Shown: piece after piece, positions 24,300 to 38,454 of the stretch
Position numbering within the stretch: position 1 is the first letter of the stretch
Layout: each line of letters starts with the position of its first letter
NCBI GenBank assembly: GCA_002269645.1
Contig: NIVC01000347.1
Span: forward strand, 248,001-312,000
From: Macrostomum lignano
Taxonomy: Eukaryota
DNA length: 64,000 bases
Direction of reading: 5' to 3'
Notes under the pieces: model-generated
The model's input: the letters and a program-made list of their open reading frames with translations, nothing else
Databases searched by the model: none
What the model was told of the DNA's origin: nothing
Made by a program: the position numbers and the translations under genes

Positions 24300-26189
24300 T
24301 ATATAATATTGCACACTGAAATAGTCACTGCATTCACTGATTCATCAAGGTAGATTTTCCAAATTGGTTTTCACCAAAGGCAAAGTGGTCTTTGACAAAG
24401 TGGTCTTTCACCACAATAGACTGAAACCACCTTTCTAATCCTATTTTTGACTTAGGCCCTACTGACTATGAGTTATGGCTTATCTAGATGTTGAATGAAA
24501 TTTCCAACAAATTGCCAAAGGTTCAAGGGTTTAATTTTGAAAATTGAAGATGACATTTTAAACTGTTGTACAAACAGAAACAGCTAATAAATTTACAATA
24601 ATAAAATCTTGTTATTTTGCAATTTCTTAGGTCCTACCCTAGTCTAAACTAAGAAAGTAAAATTTCAAAACAAAAACTTAATAAAACTAGTCAGACACTA
24701 AAAATTAGCTGTTTGAGACTGTAAAAAATCTAATTCTAGATTCCCAGCCCTAGCCCTAGTTTTATTAAAATTTAAAAATTTAATATAGGCCTTAAATTAA
24801 AGCTATGGCCTAGCCTAGCCCTAGCTTCTAGCATTGCTATTAGCAATAGCCAATAGGGCCTGGGCTACGTGTCGCCATCTAGGTCCCAATTAATTAATAG
24901 CATGGTAATTTTTTATATGGGAATTGTTTGATAAATTACATTATTTGATTGTAGAACCAAAAATTCTTTGCCTTAAAGTTAAGCACCTTTAGGGCTACAT
25001 TACAGTATTTTCAAGCTTCATAAATCTGATCCAGCTGCCGCCGCCTGCCGCCCTCCGGGCGAAGGACAGTTTCTTATAAAATTTCTAAGAAACAAAAAGG
25101 TAGGCCTATTACTTGCGCTAGAATTGTATAATCTGATTTTTTATTCACAACTTCTAAATTGAAATTCGTCGCATTTATTACTATAAAAGTTAAATAGAAT
25201 TTAACTGATTAGAGAAAATCATTGGAAAACCCTCGCTGCTGCAATGTAGCATGTAAGTGTAAAGTATTTTTATGTATCAATTAAATCTCCGCACTTTTTA
25301 TGATGTGTCCGGCATTCTTGAATATTATTTAGTTAGTATTTATTCAGTAGTGAGTTTCTATTTCCGCGATTCTTACTGTACGTACTTTACTACTATTGTT
25401 TTACTGTATGCTAATTCCTATCGTATTTCAAACGCGAATGCGCTGTGTTTTGACCTGTTAGTTCTCCTGTGCGCCGTAGTAGTTGTAGTTGTAGGGTTGC
25501 ATAGCTGTTCCAGAGTTCCAGTCGATCTAGTTTTAATTCAATGAAAGATATAGACATTATTTAGAATATATATTAATTACCTTGACTACATAGATTGTTC
25601 AGATATAAATACAAATATATAAATGAAATAAATTAAGGCGCATTGCATCCAAAAGCCAAGAACGCATTCGGCATTCGTTCATTCATCTGTCATCACAACG
25701 AAAATAAGGCGATTCTTTGAATTCTTGGACTTCAAGAAACTTATTTTACATAAGTTCAGTTTAATTTTTCACGGATTAACATAATTGTTTTTGTTAAAAA
25801 CAAAAGTTAAAAGTGTTTTTAGATTAATTTAGTATTTTGTATTAATATTTTCGTGTTATTTTTATGCAAATCATCTTTTTAATAATAAAAAATATGAAAA
25901 ATAGGTATTAGGTTACAAGTACATACTTGGAAAGTTCGCGTTCGAAAAAAGTTAAGGAGAGTCCGCGTAGTGAATATAATATTGATTGTAGAACCGGGGG
26001 CTTATAATATATAATATTAATATATTAATATCATAATAATATCATATCATTAATAATATTAATATCATGCATTCTGCAACGATATTTTCTTTAAGAAGTA
26101 AATAAATACGTCAAATTTAAAAAAAACTTTCGCACTTTTATTTAACGTTTTGAATTGCACAATTTACATGTGTAATTTACGCTATACAT

Positions 26190-26730
<541 letters not shown>

Positions 26731-27004
26731 GCTTCAAGTATCAATACACATATCGATATTTGCACGATATGTGTATTGATAACAACTCAATACTAATTTG
26801 CATTAAACTTTTTTCCGTACATGTAGGTCTCTGCTTCCACCAACAATGTCATCATGCAATGTACTTTAGACATATTGTGAACTGACATCTCATTTTCAGG
26901 AATTACTTTTCTGGATATAAAATGATCGAGACCATCAATCGAAAAAAAATCAGTAGTACGTTCCCATCGCCCAAAAGAATTTTGCTTCTTTAAAAATTAG
27001 ATGA

Positions 27005-27495
27005 AAGAGGTGCCCACAAAGAGACACAGGGGCGCCCACCAAGAAACACAGGGGGTGCCCACAAAGAGACACAGGGCGCCCACCAAGAGACACAGGGGTG
27101 CCCACAAAGAGACACAGGGGCGCCCACCAAGAGACACAGGGGTGCCCACAAAGAGACACAGGGGGTGCCCACCAAGAGACACAGGGGCGCCCACCAAGAG
27201 AAACAGGGGCGCCCACCAAGAGACACAGGGGCGCCCACCAAGAGACACAGGGGCGCCCACCAAGAGACACAGGGGGCGCCCACAAAGAGACACAGGGGCG
27301 CCCACCAAGAGACACAGGGGGCGCCCACCAAGAGACACAGGGCGCCCACCAAGAGACACAGGGGGCGCCCACCAAGAGACACAGGGGCGCCCACCAAGAG
27401 ACACAGGGGGCGCCCACCAAGAGACACAGGGGCGCCCACCAAGAGACACAGGGCGCCCACCAAGAGACACAGGGCGCCCACCAAGAGACACAGGG
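27005..27495. repeat. About 22-23 bp minisatellite (GGCGCCCACCAAGAGACACAGG)
   Basis: Visible array producing several spurious ORFs. Confidence 0.93.
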
Positions 27496-28379
27496 GAAGA
27501 CCCAGGCAGTTCCTCGATCTCCCCTTAGGTAGTGGACCGGTCAGCAGTAGATTAGGGAATCTACTGAGTCTGTCTAACATAGGATCGATCTGTGTTATGT
27601 AGGGTCATCTGTCAGAAATCAGGTTTGACTCTCAGCAGATATTCTGCATAATTTATAAAACTCATCAAGAATCAGCTCAGCCAGAAATACTACTTGTATT
27701 TGATCTCCCCCCTGCCCCATTGTTCGCAGGGACAGCTCTGCCCAGGCCAGCATTTCCAGTCTCACCCGGTTGCCAAGTGGCAAAAATAACAAACAACTCT
27801 CTCGATCACGTTGCAGCTCCGCACCGTCGAAACACGAGATGGAGGGGGGGCAGCAGGGGGTTGATGGCGCACCCAGTCTCAGGCTCGGAGCAGCTGTGCA
27901 ATTGCTGCATAAAACTGCACAAATAATTGAATAGGGCCACATTTTCGAGTGGCGCCATCTGCTTGTCTGACAGCCCCACATTGACAATGGAAGCTGCAAT
28001 AACTGCTGCATCAGCAGTAGCAGTAAAATCCAGAATTACTGAGAGCAGCACAAAGCCGCAGGGCCACTCATTTGTTGAATTGAAGTTTCTCAGACAGAGC
28101 AGCCGCTCGAAGCCATTGTGTGCTTTATCTCTCCGCCTCATCTCTCAGGGGCTCTCATTGTCCCAGTTTATTGTGAATTCTACCCAATGAATCTTTTTTT
28201 CTTTTTAATCAGCATTTCTTATCTTTTTAGAGTGGCTTCATGCATATTCGTTAGTTTTTCCGTATTGAGTCACAATAGATTGCTGGGTGGTGTGTTGCTT
28301 TGGCATATGCTATTAAAATGCGGGGCATCGAATTTTCGTTTCAGCAAATCACTTCTGGTTGATAAGATGCACTTTTGGC

Positions 28380-29070
28380 TTCATAACACATTTCTGTCTG
28401 CATAACACATTTGTCTGCATAACAATTTTGTCTGCATAACAATTTTGTCTGCATAACACATTTCTGTCTGCATAACACGTTTCAGTCTGCATAACACATT
28501 TCTGTCTGCATAACACATTTCAGTCTGCAGAACACACTTCTGTCTGCAGAACACATTTCTGTCTGCAGAACACTTCTGTCTGCATAACACTTCTGTCTGC
28601 ATAACACTTCTGTCTGCATTACACATTTCTGCCTGCATAACACTTCTGTCTGCATAACACTTCTGTCTGCATTACACATTTTTGTCTGCCTAACACATTT
28701 CAGTCTGCAGAACACACTTCAGTCTGCATAACACTTCTGTCTGCATAACACTTCTGTCTGCAGAACACTTCTGTCTGCAGAACACTTCTGTCTGCATAAC
28801 AATTTTGTCTGCATAACACTTCTGTCTCCATAACACTTCTGTCTGCATAACACATTTCTGCCTGCATAACACTTCTTTCTGCATAACAATTTTGTCTGCA
28901 TAACACATTTTTGTCTGCCTAACACATTTCAGTCTGCAGAACACACTTCAGTCTGCATAACACTTCTGTCTGCATAACACTTCTGTCTGCAGAACACTTC
29001 TGTCTGCAGAACACTTCTGTCTGCATAACACTTCTGTCTGCATAACATTTCTGTCTGCAGAACACTTAGC
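28380..29070. repeat. 17-19 bp minisatellite (CATAACACTTCTGTCTG)
   Basis: Visible array; expanded in copy A only. Confidence 0.92.
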
Positions 29071-29339
29071 TACTGTATCCGGTGACTCATTGCAATTTCC
29101 ATGAGCTGTGAGCAGCTCTGATGTCATTGCTGTTTAGATCAAGTTTCTTAAAAATACAAAATTAGGCAGCAAAATGACCCAGTACTCGTACACAAAGGTT
29201 GCTATGCAATTACAGCACTAACATCTGAGCGGCCACAGATGCCTCATCGAGAGGAGTACATGACCTGAAGCAATCGCACATACAAATTGCGGTTTAACTT
29301 CATGTAACAGTAGCTAGTCACGCATCATCTTCGCTGCAA

Positions 29340-29880
29340 TAGATTCTGTCTGGCAAATGGCTGTCTGGCAATATCTGGCTGGCAAATGTCTGGCTGGAAA
29401 ATGTCTGGCTGGTAAATGTCTGGCTGGAAAATGTCTGGCTGGTAAATGTCTGGCTGGCAAATGTCTGGCAAATGTCCGGCTGAAAAATGTCTGGCAAATA
29501 TCTGGCTGGCAAATGTCTGGCTGGCAAATGTCTGGCTGGCAAATGTCTGGCTGATGAATGTCCAGCAAATGTCTGGCTGGCGAATGTCTGGCAAATGTCT
29601 GCTGGCAAATACCTGGCTGGAAAATATCTGCCTGGCAAAAATCTGGCTGGCAAATGTCTGGCTGGCAAATGTCTGGCAAATGTCCGGCTGGCGAATGTCT
29701 GGCAAATGTCTGCTGGCAAATACCTGGCTGGAAAATATCTGCCTGGCAAAAATCTGGCTGGCAAATGTCTGGCTGGTAAATGTCTGGCAAATGTCCAGCT
29801 GGCAAATATCTGGCTGGAAAATGTCCGGCAGGCAAATATCTGGCTGGCAAATGTCAAGCAAATTTCCGGCTGGCAAATGT
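29340..29880. repeat. 15 bp minisatellite (CTGGCTGGCAAATGT)
   Basis: Visible array. Confidence 0.92.
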
Positions 29881-29994
29881 ATAATCCATTTATAATCCAT
29901 CGAGTTGGTCGATTACAAAGGTATCGAATGGTGCCAAGGAGCCATTAAGACAGTCACTCGCCGGTGCATCTGACGGATCGCATATGACACTCGG

Positions 29995-32900
29995 TTAGGA
30001 CATTCTCACCGTTTCTGATGTCCGTGCCCGTAGCTCCTGCAGCCGGCCTTCCACTTTGCTCTCCAGCCACCGAGGCACCAGGCCGAACATCCTGGAGCTT
30101 CTCCTGCGCAGCTGCCGCAGCTGCTCCAGATCTTGACAGTAAACTGCAGCCACCACCAGCTCCTGCTTATCCGCATCCTCTCTGTGCGCCACATCCCGGA
30201 TCCAATGTTGAGCACTCGAGTCTCCTAAACCTATCAGATCGAAGCGGAGCGCCCAAAGCAGAGCGTCGAAGTTCATAAAGAAGTAATTGTCGTAGTTTTC
30301 CAGCTGAAGCGGAATGAACTCTGCGACAATCCGATTTCCGATCGGCAGCTCCGGCCGCTTGTCGATGTGAAAGCAGAACTTCCACGCGGAGTCTCGGCTC
30401 CTCAGGTGCCGCCACACCAAGTCCGCAGTCGCCTCACTCGCCGACCTCTCAGCGGGCCAGTCGATGCCTCTGCTCGCGCTGAACGGCCTGCTGTCGCTCA
30501 CGACTTTCGCTGCAGCCTTTCGGTGGCCGAACTTCAGGCAGCTCAGCGCTCTGAGGGACTCTCGCGTTGAGAAGGCGCAGTCTGGCAGCTTGCCGATCAG
30601 CTCCGAGAGACGCTTTCGGGACTCTGGGCTTCGGTCTCCGTCTGACACTCCGAGAAGCGACTCTCTCACGATGCTGTAAATCTCGTGGTACTCGCATACG
30701 TTCGCTGCTGACACTGGAGCTGGGTAGTCCATGAGTGGCAGGATGAGGAACGGGTGGAATTGGAATCGGCCCGAGTCGGTGACGGGTCGCAGGCTGTGCT
30801 CGAACTCCAACAGCAGCTCTGGCAGCCTATCGATCGCCTCTCGAACTGCATTGGCTGCCTCATTCAACGCTCGAGTCGCCTTCTCAGCTGATGAGGTGTC
30901 CACGCCTCTCAGGTACACAGCGGCATCGCCAAGGAAGAAGTGGTCCATGATCCTGGCGTCATTTCTGCCTGATCTGCAGTCGCTCTCAAGCATCTGCAGC
31001 GAGCGTCTGATGAGACTCACGAGATTCCGAGCGTCGTTCCACTGCTTAGCCGGTGTCTGCTCGAGCATTCGGAACGCGATGGTCTTTGCGTGATACGACT
31101 TGAAGCCGTTGTGTCGGACGGTCTTCTTCAGCAGCCACTTGAGCGTGACGAACAGCTGGCCCTGCAGAGTGGTGAGACTCCGCAGCAGCCGCCTCTCCAG
31201 GAAGCTGGTGCTCACTCGGAGCTGCTGGCCTCCTTTTCCGGGAGGAGCTGCGTGCACCACGTGACAGGGCGATGAGGCAGAGGTGAGGAGATGCTGAAGA
31301 GACTTGAGCACTGACTGGGGGATGTTTGAGTCGGAGACTCGGTTCTCAAGCAGCGGCGCGATGGGCGGGTAGCGGCAGAGAGGGCGGGCGTCAACTTTTT
31401 CGAAAGCCGGTCTCAGGATTGAGCCTCTGAGTTGATTGGCTGGCCTGGATGCTGCAATGCACGGGTGATGAAGAGAAGAGTAAATAACGCCGGCAACAAG
31501 GAAACATGAGTTCCGAGTTCATCAATGCAGCCCCTTCATCCATGCCACTGGTGCCATCATTTTAATTCTTGGAGATTCATTTAACTAAGGATTTTCAGTT
31601 TTGCCAAGACAATCCCATTTGCTGCACTATATACTAAAATTACTAATCAGACAGACAGACAGACAGACAAATAGAAAGATAGATACTAAGACTGTCTGTC
31701 TTAGTGTCTCACCGTATCCGGGACTCAAGACGTGTCCGTTGCAGTACTCCACTGTCTGAGTCGTCACTCCAGTGCACTCGCACAGATCTCTCAGATGAAT
31801 CTGACTTCCTTCAAGAAGTTCAATCACGTCAATGTCGGACTCAATGCCAGTTCTGCCGTCCAGAGTGACCAGGCTGTTGCCCCAGCCCTCTGAGAAGCTG
31901 CCCACCACGAAAAAGGCTTCACGATTCAATCTTCTCCTCAGAAAATCCTGCAGGACATCAGCCGCGGCGCTCTGCAAGGCGGCTCTGGAGTCCACGAATC
32001 CCGAGCGGGGAAGCGCTGAGTGTAGCTGCTGGCTGAGGTCATTGTCGCTGGGAGCGGCTCTGAATGATGGGAGGAGTGGGGAACTGCTGTGCTTCACTGT
32101 GATTGGCTGGGCATGAGAAATGGGAGGAGTGGGGAACTGCTGTGCTTCACTGTGATTGGCTGGGCATGAGAAATGGGAGGAGTGGGGAACTGCTGTGCTT
32201 CGTTGTGATTAACTGGGATTTAATGAATGTCTGAGGAAGCTATCAAAGACAAATCATATCTCAGCGCGTTGCATGGAAAATCTGTTCAAGTTTGGCTGCT
32301 CAAAAGGCTCATGCGGTGATGATCAAACAGTGTCAAACTCTGCAAGAGATATCATTTGAAGATCTGCAAGCATCTGCAAGATCAGAGCTTGAGCGAGCAA
32401 CTCAGCTATTCGACACTCGCTGCTAAGATGACCCACAGGATTTACTTGAAGCTTTAGGCAGAATTTCTTTGCGAGCTGCGGACGACTTGAAATGGAATGA
32501 AATTCCCGATTTCGTATCCTAAATTAATATTTCATATTCAAAAGCAACTGAGGGATCTGCAAATCCCTCCGTTCGAAATGGCGACTTTACGAGAATGCCA
32601 GGTACCTGATGGTTTATACAGACATCTGACTGCTTGTCATGGACAGCTAATTGATATGCATGGACACTTTATAGATTAATCTGATCACCAATTTGAGTAT
32701 TGATTTCCCGATCACAAGCTCAGGAGTGCTCACCTGTCTGCAGTCTCTCGGACCGAATGCGGTCGCTCATCGACCGTTAGCGCACGTTGCAGAATCTGTG
32801 CAGATCGCTCACTGCCGAACTCGATGGCACGGTGGAGAGCGGACTGAAGTGACTCTCGAGCGCCAGCGAGGGCGGAGGCTGTGAGAAGCGACTCAACCAC

Positions 32901-33944
32901 CTGATGGTGCTCGTTTTGTGCCGCAATGTAGAGAGATGACGAGCCATCGGCTGCTTGAAGATTAACGTCGGCTTGTGCTTTAAGGAGAAGAGCTACTACC
33001 TCATGGTGGCCATTTTGTGATGCAATGTAGAGAGGTGACTCGCCAGTGTTTCGTTGAAGATTGACGTCGGCTTGTTCTTTGAGGAGTAGATCTACTCCCT
33101 CATGGTGGCCTTGCGCTGATGCAATGTAGAGAGGTGACTGGCCAGTGTTTCGTTGAAGATCGACGTCGGCTTGTGCTCTGAGGAGTCGATCTACTACCTC
33201 ATGGTGGCCATTTTGTGATGCAATGTAGAGAGGTGACGAGCCATTGACCTTCTCTTGAAGATTGACGTCGGCTCGTGCTTTGAGGAGTAGATCTACTACC
33301 TCATGGTGGCCTTGCGCTGATGCAATGTAGAGAGGTGACGAGCCATTGACCTTCTTTTGAAGATTGACGTCGGCTCGTGCTTTGAGGAGTAGATCTACTA
33401 CCTCATGGTGGCCATTATGTGATGCAATGTAGAGAGGTGACGAGCCAGTGTTGAGTTGAAGATTGACGTCGGCTCGTGCTTTGAGGAGTAGATCTACTAC
33501 CTCATGGTGGCCCTTATGTGATGCAATGTAGAGAGGTGACGAGCCAGTGTTTCGTTGAAGATTGACGTCGGCTCGTGCTTGGATTAGTAAATCAACAGCC
33601 TCACGATTGCCTTGTGCACATCCAACATACACTGCCGAGAACCCGTACCTGTTCTGTTTGTTGAGATTGGCCCCCTCTCGAATCAGCCTCTCCAAGATGC
33701 CGATTCTGCTCAGGTAGCATGCCAGCATCAGCGGTGTCCACTCAGTTCCTCTCCAAGTGAGAATCGTGTCGACACTCCTCCCACTGGCAACGAAGTTCTC
33801 CACCGCCTGCAAGTCGTCCGCTTTAATCGCCTCAATGATCTGCTCATCTGTGGGCTCGGCTGCGGGCTCCCGACTCGCCCTGCGGCCGAAGATGCGCAAG
33901 CAGCAGGCGACCACCAGGCTGAAGAATCGCTGCAGGAATCCCAT
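29995..33944 (-). CDS. Ankyrin repeat + Mab-21/cGAS-like nucleotidyltransferase (ANK-cGLR), copy A, 1004 aa; exons 33944-32734, 32059-31713, 31451-29995
   Basis: Nine canonical ANK repeats plus caps. Exon 2 has [10 protein letters not shown]...ESDIDV. Exon 3 has [26 protein letters not shown] and [11 protein letters not shown] (Mab-21 signatures). GT-AG phases 2 and 1 give an uninterrupted 3015 nt CDS. Confidence 0.88.
32069..32215. repeat. 53 bp tandem repeat (about 2.8 copies) next to the exon 2 acceptor of copy A
   Basis: GGGAGGAGTGGGGAACTGCTGTGCTTCACTGTGATTGGCTGGGCATGAGAAAT is repeated; copy B has a single unit. Confidence 0.85.
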
Positions 33945-34399
33945 GTCGGATGTCGGAGCAAAGAAAAATTAAGAAAGTACTTAAGACACTAAGAAAGAAT
34001 AAACGTTACTTAAATCGCCCCTGTGTCTGAGTTCACTCGGATTTCTTCAAGTGCACTCATCCGCGAACTGCTGTCCAATTTAACCCCAGTGCTGCTCAGT
34101 AGTATGTGTCGGAGCGAGCTGCTAAAATCAGAAATTGCTGTGGTAAATGAAACCGCCTGCAGCTGGCAGAGACGCTGCTTCTGCGAGTTGCTCCTGCAAG
34201 CTCAGCTTTTATTCGAGACCGAATGAATGAAGTCAGTGAGAGATTATTTCGAGTTTTTATCCCGGCATAGCACACAGACTACTGCTGAGTGCGAGAATGA
34301 ATAAAATGTTATTTAATCATCAGATGAAGATGATGATGATATACAATATCATCAGATGAAAATCACTCAGAAAACAATAGCCGAAATTATGGTGCACTG

Positions 34400-34850
34400 A
34401 GGTGCCAGGTAGACAGTGAGGCGCCAGGTAGACAGTGAGGCGCCAGGTAGACAGTGAGGCGCCAGGGAGGCAGTGAGGCGCCAGGGAGGCAGTGATGCGC
34501 CAGGGAGCAGTGAGGCGTCAAGAAATCAGTGAGCGCCATTGAGGCGCCATTGACGTGCCATTGAGGTGCCATTGACGTGCCATTGAGGTGCCATTGAGGT
34601 CTCATTGAGGTGCCATTGACGTGCCATCGAGGTGCCATTGAGGTGCCATTGAGGTGCCATTGAGGTCTCATTGAGGTGCCATTGACGTGCCATCGAGGTG
34701 CCATTGAGGTGCCATTGAGGTGCCATTGAGGTCTCATTGAGGTGCCATTGAGGTGCCATCGAGATGCCATTGAGGTGCCATTGAGATGCCATTGAGGTTT
34801 CATTGATGTGCCATTGAGGTGCCATTGAGGTGCCAGTGAGGTGCCATACG
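34400..34850. repeat. 11 bp minisatellite (GAGGTGCCATT) with a related GAGGCGCCAGG array
   Basis: Visible array. Confidence 0.9.
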
Positions 34851-35700
34851 AGGACATCGTGACATTTCTCGCACCGGGAACTTTGCACGCTATTCTATTA
34901 AATGAACAGTCGAATCCTGTCATCTCAAAACCAAACAAAACCATGGCAACGATTAACAACTCGACTGATAGCAATTCGTTACATTGAGCCGGAAGGGGGC
35001 CTCGCCCCATCCTACTATCAATAGTGTGTGATAAATTTTATTTAAACTCGGAGTTGCGCGTCAGCCACTACAGCACCTGAGGCCAATTGATGACGCAAGA
35101 CTTTAGTCCCATTCATGCACTTTTACTGCAATCGGTGTCCACTGCAATTATTTTATTAGATAATCCCCAATGCCGAGTCTCCCATCTCCGTGCAAATATA
35201 CAGCAGGAGTCCGTGCAACTGCAATGTTGTCCGGCAGTTCAAGTCTGCTCAAAGCACCAGCTTTGGGCCATAGACAGTGAAAACCTGAGCAAGGCGAGGA
35301 ATTGACATGGATAAAGTAAACTGCTTCTCGGGGTCCTACAGCACGTGACATGTCAGGACCTCACCAGCCGGCATCGAACTCTGATGAGAGTCATAAATCA
35401 AATCTCAGTTGAGTCTCTCTTCAGCCAGACCGGCAATTGAGAACAAAGCTGATGCGGGTTTCCGATTTACTTCAATAGTCAATGAGACGGCTTGCAGATT
35501 ATAACAAAAATGCTCCCAATAAATGCTCCCAATTGCGCCAGGAATGCTGTTGCGTAACAGGTCAGGGGTTCAGCATCCAGTCAGATGCCATCAGATATTA
35601 TTGACAGAATCGAAGGTCCGCTTTATCGATAAAGGAGTACTGTCTGACGAAACAATTGCAAATTATTGAATTTTGGGATTTTAATTTCAGCAAAATGTTA

Positions 35701-35838
<138 letters not shown>

Positions 35839-35984
35839 TCAGACTCACAGACTCCCAGCTCTGCATCAGCTGCACTGCTCACCGCTCAGACTCACAGACT
35901 CCCAGCTCTCCATCAGCTGCACTGCTCAGCGCTCAGTCCATAAATACTCTCAGTCAGTAATGAGTCGAGCGTCTGCCAATATGC

Positions 35985-36860
35985 AATCCGTCAGTAGGGG
36001 ATCTATCAGTAGGGGATCTGTCAGTAGGGGAGCTAAGAGTAGGGGATCTGTCAGTAGGGGATCTGTCAGTAGGGGATCTGTCACTAGGAGATCTGCCAGT
36101 AGGGGATCTGTCAGTAGCGAATCTGTCAGTAGGGGATCTGTCAGTAGGGGATCTGTCAGTAGAGGATCTGTCAGTAGGGGATCTGTCAGTAGGGGATCTG
36201 TCAGTAGGGATCTGTCAGTAGGGGATCTGTCAGTAGGGGATCTGCCAGTAGGGGATCAGTCAGTAGGGGATCTGTCAGTAGGGGATCAGTCAGTAGGGGA
36301 GCTAAGAGTAGGGGATCTGTCAGTAGGGGATCTGTCAGTAGGGGATCTGTCAGTAGGGGATCTGTCAGTAGAGGATCTGTCAGTAGGGGATCTGTCAGTA
36401 GGGGATCTGTCAGTAGGGGATCTGTCAGTAGGGGATCTGTCAGTAGGGGATCTGTCAGTAGGGGATCTGTCAGTAGGGGATCTGTCAGTAGGGGAGCTAA
36501 GAGTAGGGGATCTGTCAGTAGGGGATCTGTCAGTAGGGGATCTGTCAGTAGGGGATCTGTCAGTAGGGGATCTGTCAGTAGGGGATCTGTCAGTAGGGGA
36601 TCTGTCAGTAGGGGATCTGTCAGTAGGGGATCTGTCAGTAGGGGATCTGTCAGTAGGGGATCTGTCAGTAGGGGATCTGTCAGTAGGGGATCTGTCAGTA
36701 GGGGATCTGTCAGTAGGGGATCTGTCAGTAGGGGATCTGTCAGTAGGGGATCTGTCAGTAGGGGATCTGTCAGTAGGGGATCTGTCAGTAGGGGATCTGT
36801 CAGTAGGGGATCTGTCAGTAGGGGATCTGTCAGTTGCGGATCTGTCAGTGTGGAATCTGT
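35985..36860. repeat. 15 bp satellite GGGGATCTGTCAGTA
   Basis: Homogeneous array; the same family occurs at 38455-38995 and 50645-51047, with a relic near 27540-27620. Confidence 0.95.
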
Positions 36861-37419
36861 TTGCAGGGATTGTCAGATTGAGAGTTATGCTGAGACACAC
36901 AGCACCTATCAAATGTGCAAAGTCGTGTATAGCTTAGACGTAATTCCAGAAACTAAAATATTATGTTTTAATATCTCAAGTTAAAAATTCAACACTGTGC
37001 TGTAGCAGTACCCAGCCTCGGAAAGAAAGAATCTTCTAGAAGCAAACAGAAAGCAGCTGCTTCTGTGTCAAGACAGACCGTGAAATCTCATTCACACTGC
37101 TATTGCGCTGCAGCTCTGGCCCAACAAATTCAAACATCCGGTCGAACTTCCGGTCGACAGGAAGCTGCAAACTGAAGATTTACATTTGACGCTGTGGGAC
37201 CTGATCGCAGCGGTTATTCTGCGGCTGCCCGAGGCAAGAGACTGCGGAGCTTCATAAAAGTTAGCCATTTGCAAGACTGATCGGAAGCTTTCAACGTGCT
37301 GGGGTTTCCATCTGCTCTCTGAATGAATGCTGCGGATTAGAAGGTCAGATGCTGACTGAGCGGTGGCTCCCTATTCCACAGCTGCAAAACGGATTGTGAA
37401 TTTTTTGAGGGAAAATTCC

Positions 37420-37845
37420 CTGCTCTCTGCGTCCCTGACTGCTCTCTGCCTCCCTGACTCTTCTGTGCCTCCCTGACTCCTCTCTGCCTCCCTGACTCCT
37501 CTCTGCCTCCCTGACTCCTCTCTGCCTCCCTGACTCCTCTCTGCCTCCCTGACTCCTCTCTACCTCCCTGACTCTTCTGTGCCTCCCTGACTCTTCTGTG
37601 CCTCCCTGACATCTCTCTGCCTCCCTGACTCCTCTCTGCCTCCCTGACTCCTCTCTGCCTCCCTGACTCTTCTGTGCCTCCCTGACATCTCTCTGCCTCC
37701 CTGACTCCTCTCTGCCTCCCTGACTCTTCTGTGCCTCCCTGACTCCTCTCTGCCTCCCTGACATCTCTCTGCCTCCCTGACATCTCTCTGCCTCCCTGAC
37801 ATCTCTCTGCCTCCCTGAGTCCTCTCTGCCTCCCTGACTCAGTCG
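37420..37845. repeat. 19 bp minisatellite (CTCCCTGACTCCTCTCTGC)
   Basis: Visible array. Confidence 0.93.
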
Positions 37846-37859
37846 GAGAAAGTCAGTCG

Positions 37860-38445
37860 GAGTGTTTCGAGTTGGAATCCACGCATAGCACAGACCGTTG
37901 CAGATTGCAGAAATGAATAAAATTTTAGTTAATCATCAGGTGAAATCACAGAAAACATAGTAGAAACTATGATTTAGTGATGCGACAAGGAGAGAGACGT
38001 GAGGCGCCGGGAGGCGCCGGAAGGCAGTGAGGCGCTTAGGGAGGCAGTGATAGCACAGTCCAGTACTCCCATCTCAAAACCAAATGACAAGGGTTTTAAT
38101 TCGCTAATGAAAAAATGCACCGTTAATGCTATACCGAATCGTGAATCGTGTGAACTTATTTATAAAATGGCGCTCACAATCACGCAAAATATCCGCAGGC
38201 GGTCTCTAGGTTTCCGGTGCTGGTTTTGAAAATCATTTTAAATACCTTTTGTAAAAAACGGGTATCAGGTTATGAAATGTATTTTACTGCTTGTGTTTCC
38301 ATGGTAACGGTTAACATCTCAAAAATTAGTGATTCGTTATTTTGAGCCGGAAAAGGGCCTCGCCTCATCCTACTAACAGTAGTCTGTGATAAATGCACAC
38401 TTTTTTTAAACTCTGAGTTGCGCATCAGCGACTGCAGCACCTACT
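37860..38445. repeat. Third, partial copy of the ANK-cGLR upstream region (no CDS)
   Basis: Matches 34250-34520, 34890-35080 and 46430-46550 (for example TTGAGCCGGAA.GGGCCTCGCC.CATCCTACTA). Confidence 0.7.
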
Positions 38446-38454
38446 ATCTGTTAG

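Noticed and set aside
26738-26782. Rho-independent terminator-like hairpin
   Set aside because: The DNA is eukaryotic and there is no U-tract; it is reported instead as a LINE-junction feature.
27001-29948. Collagen-like or repeat-protein ORFs (GRPPRDT, QPDIC, CYADR)
   Set aside because: They translate minisatellites in several frames on both strands.
37085-37265. Coding-looking fragment between the duplicated units
   Set aside because: Short, with no recognisable family and no in-phase exon partners.
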